Positions 17,840 through 26,930 of a stretch of 34,987 nucleotides of DNA are shown here, in pieces. The DNA lies in the sequence record SRR2962707_4980. One strand, 5' to 3'. The notes under the pieces are model-generated. The model made no database searches, was not told the origin of the DNA, and saw only the letters and a list, made by a program, of their open reading frames with translations. Made by a program: the position numbers and the translations under genes. Positions within the stretch are counted from its first letter, which is position 1; the number at the start of each line of letters is the position of its first letter.

Positions 17840-18706
17840 ATGAATACGATTTCTAAGGTTGGTTTTCTATTAGTTCTGAGTTGTCAGGTTGGATGTACAG
17901 AGGCTACTTTGTCCGTTAAGCAAATTGAAGCCTTAAAAAATGTTTCCATTGGCAATGGACTAGCCTTTCATCCAACCGGCCAAATTCTTTTGATTTCCAA
18001 ACCTTCGGAGGTGATGGATCAAATATCAGGAAAGCACGTGTACAACATATATCAATTGACATGGGATGGAACTAGTTGGTCAGGATCACATTTGCTTTCC
18101 ATTAACAGTAAATACCAAGACTACCATCCGGTATTTTCACCTGATGGCAAATGGATATATTTTAACTCAAACAGGCCAGCACCCGGAGATAGTCTTTCAT
18201 CTGATAAAGTGAATATTTGGCGCGTTTCATTTCGAGAGGGTCAATTAGGAGTACCTGAATATCTATCCAAAATCAATACAGATAATCATGAATCCTATCC
18301 ATCCATTACTAGCGACGGAACTTTATATTTCAATTCCGATCGACCCGGTGGGTTGGGGTCAATGGATATTTATCGAGCGGAGTGTGATGTTAACGGTTTT
18401 GAAACACCTGTTTTGGTCTCTAATCTCAATTCAGCTGACAGTGAAAATGATCTGACAATAAGTCCAGATGAACAATTCATGATTCTTAACCGATATCACT
18501 TTGATTCAGGTGAGATTTCGATGTATGTCAGTTATCGAGAAGAAGGGGAATGGACAACTCCAACCTTAATCAAAGAAGTCAATCAGAAAGGAAAATGGGA
18601 ACTCACCCCGACTTTCTCTCCAGATGGTAAGTTTTTCTTTTTTGAATTGGACGGTAAAATTAAAACCGTTAAAATGGATACTTTATTTAAAGATTCACGT
18701 AATTGA
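17840..18706 (+). CDS. TolB-like PD40 beta-propeller protein, exported
   Basis: Repeats HPVFSPDGKWIYFNSNRP, YPSITSDGTLYFNSDRPGG and PTFSPDGKFFFF; N-terminal signal containing Cys. Confidence 0.88.
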   Translation: MNTISKVGFLLVLSCQVGCTEATLSVKQIEALKNVSIGNGLAFHPTGQILLISKPSEVMDQISGKHVYNIYQLTWDGTSWSGSHLLSINSKYQDYHPVFSPDGKWIYFNSNRPAPGDSLSSDKVNIWRVSFREGQLGVPEYLSKINTDNHESYPSITSDGTLYFNSDRPGGLGSMDIYRAECDVNGFETPVLVSNLNSADSENDLTISPDEQFMILNRYHFDSGEISMYVSYREEGEWTTPTLIKEVNQKGKWELTPTFSPDGKFFFFELDGKIKTVKMDTLFKDSRN

Positions 18707-19040
18707 ATTTCAATCCGGATCGATTCTCTAAATCTTCACCTAACTCTTTGTGATCTTCATCTCCTTCATCGCTAAACCACCTGATCATCACCATGGCACC
18801 CATTGCTTGCTTTTCCTTTAGCTCCAGCATCATTTGGTATAAGCATTTCATTGTTCCGGTATCAAAATGCTCCAGTTTGATCTCAACAATGAATGTCGGA
18901 ACAGTGGTATTCTTTATTTGTTCAATGAAAGGCAGATAGAAATCCTGAACATCCCTCATCGCTGAGCGACCCTCGATCCTGATTAACCCGGTGGTTGGAT
19001 TAAATCGTATGTTTGGTATTATATCTTCGTTTTCTGACAT
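18687..19040 (-). CDS. SiaC/DUF1987 family regulatory phosphoprotein-like
   Basis: IEGRS....FY.P, LEHFDTGT (compare L.Y.NTSS), and W...GDED..ELGEDL. TAAATTTG -7 element upstream. Confidence 0.8.
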   Translation of the reverse strand: MSENEDIIPNIRFNPTTGLIRIEGRSAMRDVQDFYLPFIEQIKNTTVPTFIVEIKLEHFDTGTMKCLYQMMLELKEKQAMGAMVMIRWFSDEGDEDHKELGEDLENRSGLKFNYVNL

Positions 19041-19465
19041 GTGGTGATGATTTTGATAACAAATTTACTCATCTTTCATTTCCTCAAAATTATCTGTTTA
19101 GCGTTTTTTGAAAAAACATTGTTTCCATATATCATTCGGTGACTAATGATTAGAATTGATTGCGATTACAACCTGTTAGACTTTCATAAATGTATTGACT
19201 AAGTAAGGCGTGGCATACTAACTTAAGCCTTGAAAACAATTACGTTTATTCAAAAGGTAATTACGCAAGGGAAATGCTGTTGGAAAGTATGATGATACGG
19301 GATATCTATTCTAATCCTTTTATTAATCTCAAATTTGAATGACTTGATCTAAAAATTGAGCAGTCTATCAACATTTTATTTGATTAATCGTATTGACTTC
19401 CGTGATGTGATGATCACTTAGCTTTAATTTTGAAAAAGCTGGTATTCACTATATGAAATAGGACA

Positions 19466-20263
19466 TTGAAAGACTTTGTGGGTGAGAATGAGGCTCCAGA
19501 TATTGGCTTGCTTCATTCTGTTTGGGATCATTCGAAGAAATTTTCTTCTCAGAAAAATGTCGACGTTCAGCCGCAACTTTTTGACCACTTCATAGCCTCT
19601 GTTTTTAGCACGGGCCCTTATTACTTTTTCATTCTTGATATTATTGAATCGCAAATCTTATACATGGATCCACTGATTCAAACCATTCATGGAGTAGATC
19701 CAAACATGACAACCTATCAAGATATGATATCGCTTATTCATCCGGAGGATATCACTTTATATTCTAAAGCAGAAACGCTAAAATGGAATTTATTGAATCC
19801 TAAAACTGGAACTCATCCAAGCAAAAACTGCAAAATATCTTATAATATCCGCTTACGTGTTTCTGATGGCTCTTACCAGCTTTTCAATCAACAGTCGGTG
19901 ATTTTATCAACAACAGCTGATGGTGGAATTGAAAAAATGTTAATTATATATACCAATATAAGTCATCTGTCTCCTGTAAATACAGGAAAATTATCCGCTT
20001 TTGGATTAGGTGATGAACCTTCTTTCTTAATTATTGATATTGATCATAAGGTGGATGTCAATGTCTTGAAATCACAATTTACGAAGCGAGAATTAGAGAT
20101 TATTCGACTTTTATCACGGGGACATAACAGTCTTGAAATTGCGGAAAAGCTATTTATATCTTACGATACAGTAAAGACCCATCGTAAAAATATTCTTCAT
20201 AAAGCCGAGTGTAAAAATGTTACTCAGCTGATAACAAAATGTATAACTGAGCGCCTGATATAA
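19466..20263 (+). CDS. PAS-domain LuxR-family transcriptional regulator
   Basis: GPYYFFI and IHPED PAS-like region; C-terminal FTKRELEI...G..S.EIAEKLFISYDTVKTHRKNILHK. The TTG start is uncertain. Confidence 0.92.
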   Translation: MKDFVGENEAPDIGLLHSVWDHSKKFSSQKNVDVQPQLFDHFIASVFSTGPYYFFILDIIESQILYMDPLIQTIHGVDPNMTTYQDMISLIHPEDITLYSKAETLKWNLLNPKTGTHPSKNCKISYNIRLRVSDGSYQLFNQQSVILSTTADGGIEKMLIIYTNISHLSPVNTGKLSAFGLGDEPSFLIIDIDHKVDVNVLKSQFTKRELEIIRLLSRGHNSLEIAEKLFISYDTVKTHRKNILHKAECKNVTQLITKCITERLI

Positions 20264-20275
20264 ATTTCTCAAAAA

Positions 20276-20323
20276 TCACCCTAAAGGGGTATTGAAAGCA
20301 GGTATTAGGTGGAGGTAATTTTG
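20276..20323 (+). promoter_or_regulatory. NarL/LuxR-type 7-2-7 inverted repeat abutting a -33/-7 promoter
   Basis: TCACCCT-AA-AGGGGTA at 20276-20291, TTG at 20292-20294 and TAATTTTG at 20316-20323. Confidence 0.65.
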
Positions 20324-20346
20324 TGTCAATTTATTGAATATAATTT

Positions 20347-20712
20347 ATGAAAAGCTACAGAGTGCTTTGGTTGTGTCTTGTTATAGGCATGGCTATGGGG
20401 TTTGTTTCATGTGGTAAGGATGATTCTGAAGAATCGATTCCCTCAAGTCTGGTTGGAACATGGTCCAGACTTGTATCTGAAGACGGTGAAAGTTATACTG
20501 AAACCATCAAGTTTAATGCCAATGGAACGGGTACTATTTCAGTTGATCAAATCTCTTTTGATTTTGATTATTCTGTTTCGGGAAGCAATTTGACATTGAA
20601 CATTGATGCAGGTTCTGAATCTTCATCAGAAACAGTAGCATACGTTATCCAGGGTAATACCTTGAAACTAACCTATGAAGATGAAAGTATCACCTACACG
20701 CGCGTGAGTTGA
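20347..20712 (+). CDS. Lipocalin-like small lipoprotein
   Basis: Lipobox FVSC followed by acidic KDD; LVGTW, F.ANGTG, Y.VSGS.L, Y.IQGNTL and YTR. Confidence 0.85.
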   Translation: MKSYRVLWLCLVIGMAMGFVSCGKDDSEESIPSSLVGTWSRLVSEDGESYTETIKFNANGTGTISVDQISFDFDYSVSGSNLTLNIDAGSESSSETVAYVIQGNTLKLTYEDESITYTRVS

Positions 20713-20717
20713 TAAAG

Positions 20718-20746
20718 AAAAAGGCAGCTTTTAAGCTGCCTTTTTT
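20718..20746. terminator. Bidirectional rho-independent terminator
   Basis: AAAAAGGCAGCTT-TT-AAGCTGCCTTTTTT between convergent genes. Confidence 0.9.
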
Positions 20747-20769
20747 GTTACATTAAATTGGACTCTTCA

Positions 20770-22704
20770 TTATTTCATGCTTGTGGAATTGTCATTTTCG
20801 GGTTCTTCACCCTTCAGATACTGATCCAGAAATTCTTTGATCTGTCCATACCCCTCAATTGCATTCTCATTTTTACGGAATCCATGTCCTTCATCATCAA
20901 AAACGATATACTCAACAGGTACTCCACTTGCCCGAACGCCTTCTACAATTTCGTCTGACTCAACTTGCAGTACACGTACGTCGTTGGCACCTTGTAAGAC
21001 CATTAAAGGTTTAGTGACATTCTCGGTGTGAAAAAGGGGTGAAATCTCATAAAGTCTTACCGAATCTTCTGTGGTAGGATCACCTAATTCATCATAAAGT
21101 GCTTTTCTGAAACTTTCCCAGTACGGAGGGATTGATTTGAGTGTTCGCAACCAATTAGTTACTCCGAAAATATTTACTCCTACATCAAAGGCTTCTGGTT
21201 CAAAAGTAAGGGCAGCCATTACCATATAGCCACCATAAGAGCCTCCGATAATTCCTACTTTTTCCATATCAACTACTCCGGTTGATGCGAAAAAGTCTTT
21301 GCCTGCTATACAGTCTTTTAAATCTTTATCTCCATGATTTTTATCATCCAGATGATTGAACTCTTTGCCATAACCACTACTCCCCCGGTTGTTTACAGCA
21401 AGAACGGCATATCCATGGTTAACGAGGTACTGTACCAATGCGAAATAACTAAGTCGTGACTGCCCACCAGGACCACCATGTACCCATACAAGTCCCGGGA
21501 CTTTGTTCTTCTCTGATGCTTGCTTAGGTTGATAGTATACAGCCGGAATGGTAAGACCGTCAAATGATTCGTAGCGCACCACTTTGCCCTCAACCAGATC
21601 ATCTGAATTAATTTCAGGGTTTAGTGTATCAGTAAGCTTTTTCAGTTCTCCGGTTTCAAAATTATATACATAGATATTGCTTGGAGATGCAGAGGTACTC
21701 ACTATTAATCGTGCTAGATTCTCACTTTTAGAAATGTTAACAGATGAAATGCTACCTCCTTCAATTTCAGGTAGCTCCACTTCTTCACCGGTTTCCTGAT
21801 TAAAGATTTTCACTACTGTTTTTGCATCTTCGTTGATGCCTATGACACGATACTTTTCGTTCCAGGAGTCATATGCGTACCATACGTCCCAGTTTGTTTC
21901 AAAAATTGTTTCAACCTTACCGGACTCCAGGTCCCTTCTGGCCAGATACACAAAATCCGATCCTTCATCAGTCGTATAATAAAGACTTTTATTGTCCAGA
22001 CTAAAAAACTGAGGACTGTAAGTTGCGTCACCTTCATGTATGGAGATATCTGTTTTTTCTCCGGTTTCACGATCGTACAGGTACATTTTTCCGTCGGCGC
22101 TGGTGATGGCCTCAGTCAACGCATAAAAGCGTTCGTTAGGAGAAATCGCGCCAACGTCCAAACCGTCATTATTTTGATAGATAATCTCGCTAACCGGCAT
22201 TTCATCATCTACAGAAGTAATCTGCATTTCATAAATATCCATGTAGCGAGGGTCTCTTTTATTAGACATGAGGTACATGCTTTCTTCATCACGACTCCAT
22301 CCCCAAAATCCATTTCTTACACTGTCCCCGGGAGTCAGGTCTTTGGATTGACCCTCTTGGTTCATCATAAAAACCTTAAAGTTTTCGTTACCACCTTCAT
22401 CAAAAGAAAAAATAAACCGATCATCATTTGGGAAGTAGGATTGACCGAAATAGGATTCTTGCGTTGAATTTGTTAATTGCTTTTTTTCCCCACTGGCAAT
22501 ATCGATTTCATAGACATTGAAAATGCCGGTTTCATTGCTATTGATGAGTAGTTTACTTTCATCTGGAGAGAAGCTACCACCGCTCACACTTACGTTCTCA
22601 TAGAATTGTCCGATTGAGTACTTCTGAACTTCAGATGTTTCATCTTTTGGTGTCGTGCATGCGACCAGAATGGCTGCAGCTAAAATTTTGTTAAGTGATT
22701 TCAT
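20770..22704 (-). CDS. S9 family (prolyl oligopeptidase/acylaminoacyl peptidase-like) lipoprotein
   Basis: Lipobox LVAC; beta-propeller; VHGGPGGQ, RGSSGYG, GGSYGG (Ser), NDVRV (Asp) and DEGHGF (His). Confidence 0.95.
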   Translation of the reverse strand: MKSLNKILAAAILVACTTPKDETSEVQKYSIGQFYENVSVSGGSFSPDESKLLINSNETGIFNVYEIDIASGEKKQLTNSTQESYFGQSYFPNDDRFIFSFDEGGNENFKVFMMNQEGQSKDLTPGDSVRNGFWGWSRDEESMYLMSNKRDPRYMDIYEMQITSVDDEMPVSEIIYQNNDGLDVGAISPNERFYALTEAITSADGKMYLYDRETGEKTDISIHEGDATYSPQFFSLDNKSLYYTTDEGSDFVYLARRDLESGKVETIFETNWDVWYAYDSWNEKYRVIGINEDAKTVVKIFNQETGEEVELPEIEGGSISSVNISKSENLARLIVSTSASPSNIYVYNFETGELKKLTDTLNPEINSDDLVEGKVVRYESFDGLTIPAVYYQPKQASEKNKVPGLVWVHGGPGGQSRLSYFALVQYLVNHGYAVLAVNNRGSSGYGKEFNHLDDKNHGDKDLKDCIAGKDFFASTGVVDMEKVGIIGGSYGGYMVMAALTFEPEAFDVGVNIFGVTNWLRTLKSIPPYWESFRKALYDELGDPTTEDSVRLYEISPLFHTENVTKPLMVLQGANDVRVLQVESDEIVEGVRASGVPVEYIVFDDEGHGFRKNENAIEGYGQIKEFLDQYLKGEEPENDNSTSMK

Positions 22705-22800
22705 GGGATTTTGGTTGGTTTTATTCCTTCAAGATAATAAATAGCCTGCTCTTTGAAATGAAGGGATTGTAAATAGTGTTGGCGAAATTATTTGGGTTAT

Positions 22801-25329
22801 TCAAAAGGAAACCCTTACCATAAAGTTTGGTGTAAATTTTAAAGCTTTCCGAACGAGCTTTATCGCTTCATTTTCAGCATCAACCTGATAAAACTCATTA
22901 ATAATGTTTGTGTGATTGGTTAGATTCCAAATTGAAAATCCTATCTGAGCCTTGGTTTGCTTACTTAGTGAAAAATGATAGATGGATGATAGGTCTATTC
23001 GCAGGTAATTCTGCAATCGCTCACTATTTGGATCACTGAAATTGATCCTTCCCGATGCGGTAGGCTGTTCGCTATGTGGACGCGTAATGGGTCTTCCTGT
23101 ACGCCAGTAAATTCCGGTGGATAGTTCCAGACTCCCTGTTTGATAACTTCCACCTAGAAATAGATTATGTGTGATGTCCAAATTGTTAGGAAAATTGGGT
23201 GGGGTTAGCCCGCTAAATCCATATTGATTTCTTGCAAGCACATAGCTGGTCCATATGGAGAACGATTCACCGGTATACTGTATGAGTGTCTCCATCCCAT
23301 AAGTTTCATAATTTCCTGCTCTACGAATGCCTTCAAACTGATTTTGAAAACCCTGGCTTGAGGTAATGATGTTATTTACTTTTTTGTAATATCCTTCTAC
23401 CTGAGTGAATAAACGTGCTTTATCATAATTGATTCCAAGAGATATTTGTCCACTTCTTAAAACAGGGATGTCACGATTGTTGCTAAGTGCCCACCTCCTT
23501 TTTTCGACCCCAAGAAAATCAGTTTGTAAGTCTATTATTTGGGTCTTGGTTTGGTTTTTTATCTCTCCTGTAAGCTCTAATACAAAGCGATCATCCAATT
23601 GATGTCTGACAGATAACCTTGGTTCCGCAATGAATTTATCGTCTAGCTTCGGGTAGTAGTTAAAGCGAACCCCGGTTTTCAGGTCAGTCTTTTCGTTTGG
23701 GAGCGATGCGTTTGACTCTATGAAAACGATGTGGCTGGTAAGTACTTCCAGAATCTCATTTCTAAAGGTGGGGTTATCTATTACAAGCGAAACCCCCACA
23801 CCAGACTCGTTGTAAGTGTAACCAGTGATCAGGTCATGCCTTGGAGTCAAAGCGATGTTGGCTTTTCCGGCAAAGGCAATATCTATCACATTATTTTTTT
23901 GATTAAATGTTTGCTCGTTAGTTATGTCCTGATTGAAGGCATTGAGATTATAAGTTGAAATTGAGCCACTGAAGGAGGTTTTGACTTTCTCACTCCATAG
24001 TCGATCAAAAAAGACTCCACCAGCGGTACTGTTCTGACCTAGTTCACTTACTTTGTCTTGAAGGACCCCATTAGATAATTTACTTTCGGTATACGAAAGC
24101 TGATTGAAGATGTGGATGGCACTGACTCTCACTTCATTTTTTGGGGATGGTTTGTATCTGAGGGACGCATTGAGATCATAGAAGTAAAAATCATTGGTGG
24201 ACTGAACGATTGAATCCGAAGACTGAGAGGTGCTTATTTGAGAGTTCTGAAAAGCCCTTTCGAAGTAATTATTGAATGTTGGTGTATCAAAGAAGTCTGT
24301 TAAAGATCTTCTGCCGGCAATCGAAAATGCCGTTTTTTTCCCAAGGGGGACTTGCATATTGAAGTCAGAATGCAGAAGGTTACTACCAACCTCACCGCTG
24401 ACTTTTTCAGGCTGATCGAATGCTGATTTCATTAGGATAGTGCCTGATACACCATTGCCATACTCCGCACTTGTCCCATTTTTTACCACTGTCACCTGAT
24501 TGGTTACATGAGGATTGAACGCTGAAATAAGTCCAAAAAAATGTCCCGATTGGTATAATCTTATCCCATCCCATAGTACCAGATTTTGATCGTTCGTCCC
24601 ACCTCTGATGTTAATATCTGATACTGACTCCCCCACACTTTGTATACCAGGAAAAGCCTGAATGGTGAACAGAATATCCGGTTCAGACAAACCCGGAAGG
24701 ATTTGCTGATTTTTTGGTTTAAAGAAATACTCTCCACTGACTCCACGCGAAATACCACTCACGAGGTAGTTGCTTACTACAATTTCGGGGAGCGTTTTAA
24801 ATCTGGGTATGAGATTCAGGTTAAAATTTTGTGAGGTCTCTTTTGGTATTGCAAATGAGGAAGGCATATATGCAAGCTGACTCACATAGATAGAGTCAAT
24901 GCCGTTTCGATTTATAGGCAACTCATATTGGCCACTTTCATTACTAACAGTATAGCTGTAACTATTTGAAATTGTGGCAAATGGAATCGTTTCATTGGTT
25001 TCAGCGTCTTTGATCGTACCTGATATTTGATAGGGCTCAAAGGTTTCATCTTTGCTGACGGTAATTATATTTTCTGAAATTCTAAGGAAAGCCAAACCGG
25101 TATTTTGGGTGAGAAAATCCAGCCAATCTTGAATTGATGAAAAAGAAGAACCGGCAGCAACCATTCGATCATTGATCAAATCATCTGCATACGAAAAGGT
25201 TACATCAAACCTTTCCTCAAGGTCTTTTAACACTTCTAATAGCCTAACCTCTGGCGAGGCTTGGCTGTGGGATTGAAGTGAAAAAAGAACAACTAAAGAA
25301 AAATATACGACTAGGCGTTGGAATATCAA
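22801..25329 (-). CDS. TonB-dependent receptor with N-terminal signalling extension
   Basis: N-terminal STN-like region; carboxypeptidase-regulatory-like domain (GTIKDAETNETIPFA); plug IRGGTNDQNLVLWDG...HFFGLISAFNP; RIDLS; C-terminal F. Confidence 0.92.
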   Translation of the reverse strand: MIFQRLVVYFSLVVLFSLQSHSQASPEVRLLEVLKDLEERFDVTFSYADDLINDRMVAAGSSFSSIQDWLDFLTQNTGLAFLRISENIITVSKDETFEPYQISGTIKDAETNETIPFATISNSYSYTVSNESGQYELPINRNGIDSIYVSQLAYMPSSFAIPKETSQNFNLNLIPRFKTLPEIVVSNYLVSGISRGVSGEYFFKPKNQQILPGLSEPDILFTIQAFPGIQSVGESVSDINIRGGTNDQNLVLWDGIRLYQSGHFFGLISAFNPHVTNQVTVVKNGTSAEYGNGVSGTILMKSAFDQPEKVSGEVGSNLLHSDFNMQVPLGKKTAFSIAGRRSLTDFFDTPTFNNYFERAFQNSQISTSQSSDSIVQSTNDFYFYDLNASLRYKPSPKNEVRVSAIHIFNQLSYTESKLSNGVLQDKVSELGQNSTAGGVFFDRLWSEKVKTSFSGSISTYNLNAFNQDITNEQTFNQKNNVIDIAFAGKANIALTPRHDLITGYTYNESGVGVSLVIDNPTFRNEILEVLTSHIVFIESNASLPNEKTDLKTGVRFNYYPKLDDKFIAEPRLSVRHQLDDRFVLELTGEIKNQTKTQIIDLQTDFLGVEKRRWALSNNRDIPVLRSGQISLGINYDKARLFTQVEGYYKKVNNIITSSQGFQNQFEGIRRAGNYETYGMETLIQYTGESFSIWTSYVLARNQYGFSGLTPPNFPNNLDITHNLFLGGSYQTGSLELSTGIYWRTGRPITRPHSEQPTASGRINFSDPNSERLQNYLRIDLSSIYHFSLSKQTKAQIGFSIWNLTNHTNIINEFYQVDAENEAIKLVRKALKFTPNFMVRVSF

Positions 25330-26258
25330 TTTTTAGTCAGTGTAATCGTGTTACCACTCTTCTTAAAAGTTAAATTTAAGGGAATAGTAATCGACTTAAG
25401 GGCGGAATTTAAATTAGTGTGGGAAAATGCCCCTGTAAATAGACGGTCAGGGTTGAGGGTATCATTCTCATAGCTGATTGAGATATCAAATTGTCTTTCC
25501 AGTTCTGCGAAAACTTCTTTTACTGGCACACTTTCAAATTCACTCATTCCATTGAGCCATGATGGACCTTTATCTTGTGCGATTTGTATTTGAGAAACCT
25601 GATTATTGAATGCCTGCATTTGTTGTCCGGCTACAAGAACGAACTGTTTGCCGACGAATGAAACAGCAACTTTTCCTTCATAGCAGGAAACCTGAAAAAA
25701 TTCCTCCCTGCTTTTAACGTTAAACTGCGTTCCAAGGACAGTTACTTCTCCGGTTGCTGTCGTTACGCTGAATTTTTCTCCCTTCTCGACTGAGAAAAAG
25801 GCTTCTCCATCCAATGAAACATTTCGCTGATCATTCCATGTTTTTTCATTGAAAGAAATCTTTGAGTCAGTATTTAATTGCACGGATGAATTATCAGGCA
25901 AGTAGATAACTTTCTGATAAGAATCATCATAAGCGATCACTCCCTGCACCTCATCAGATTGGCTGAAATTCGTGAGATAAATAAATGTTAGACCTGAAAG
26001 AAAAATAAGCACCGCAGCTACTTTCATCAGTACGGATGGCCAATTAATCATTTGCACCTCCTTCGATTGAGCTTTAGGTAGATTATCTAACTGTCGCTGC
26101 AACTCTTTGTCAACCGAGTAATCGGGAGCCTTAAAGCGATGCAAGGCATCATCAAGTCGACTCAGAAATTTGTAGTCATCTGATTTTTCAAACTCAGCTT
26201 TTTCTGATTCGCTTAAAGTACCTTCAAGCCATTTTTTTATGTATTTATCTGCATCCAT
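25326..26258 (-). CDS. FecR family anti-sigma factor
   Basis: N-terminal KKWLEG; one TM; LPDNSSVQLNTDS, RNVSLDGEAFFSV, VTVLGTQFNV and CYEGKV. Confidence 0.95.
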   Translation of the reverse strand: MDADKYIKKWLEGTLSESEKAEFEKSDDYKFLSRLDDALHRFKAPDYSVDKELQRQLDNLPKAQSKEVQMINWPSVLMKVAAVLIFLSGLTFIYLTNFSQSDEVQGVIAYDDSYQKVIYLPDNSSVQLNTDSKISFNEKTWNDQRNVSLDGEAFFSVEKGEKFSVTTATGEVTVLGTQFNVKSREEFFQVSCYEGKVAVSFVGKQFVLVAGQQMQAFNNQVSQIQIAQDKGPSWLNGMSEFESVPVKEVFAELERQFDISISYENDTLNPDRLFTGAFSHTNLNSALKSITIPLNLTFKKSGNTITLTKN

Positions 26259-26275
26259 TTTTTTCCTCAGCTAAT

Positions 26276-26306
26276 TATTAAACAGGTGATCCTGGATTTT
26301 TCCTAC
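26276..26306 (-). promoter_or_regulatory. Putative ECF sigma promoter of fecR-TBDR
   Basis: Minus strand reads GTAGGAA-aaatccaggatc-ACCTGTTTAATA, matching 28437-28467. Confidence 0.7.
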
Positions 26307-26307
26307 T

Positions 26308-26835
26308 TTAACGATCAAAATCACCGAGCTTTTCCCTCAATACATCCAATGCTTTATAAATCCTTTTTTCCACTGCTTTTCTTGATATACCTAGTATTTC
26401 AGCAATTTCCTTGTGTTTTTTCCCTTCTACACGATTCATCATAAATGTGACTCGCTGATCTTCGGTGAGCTCATCTAATGCTTTTTGTAAGCGATTCATG
26501 TATTCTTTTTCCTCAATCACAAATTCGGGGCTCTCCCTGTTAGTATGGTCTTTTACTAACGAATTTTCGTTTTGATAAGAGAGGGCAGTCTTCTTGCGGT
26601 CCAAATCATTAAGCATTTTATTGTTTGCTACAGTAAAAAGATATGACTTGGCAGTAGTGATGGTGACTTTGTGACAATTTTGCCATAGCGCACCAAATGC
26701 CTCCTGAACCATATCCCGAGGGTTATTAGCCGGTCCAAATTTGTAGAAAAGGAATCGGTATAAATCTTCTGAGAGCTTTTTGAAAAGCTCGTTAAAGACT
26801 TTTTGCTTACATACATTTTCTTTTTCTCCCCGCAT
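26308..26835 (-). CDS. ECF RNA polymerase sigma-70 factor
   Basis: Region 2 DMVQEAF..LW...YLFTVANN; region 4 FMMNRVEGKKHKEIAEILGISRKAVEKRIYKAL. Confidence 0.95.
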   Translation of the reverse strand: MRGEKENVCKQKVFNELFKKLSEDLYRFLFYKFGPANNPRDMVQEAFGALWQNCHKVTITTAKSYLFTVANNKMLNDLDRKKTALSYQNENSLVKDHTNRESPEFVIEEKEYMNRLQKALDELTEDQRVTFMMNRVEGKKHKEIAEILGISRKAVEKRIYKALDVLREKLGDFDR

Positions 26836-26930
26836 TAATCTTATTTTAAGCTTAGAGCGTTAAATTATTGTAGAAATTTGCAATCACAATCTGCTTCATT
26901 AATGACGGAAGATTGAATGAGTCAAATTTA

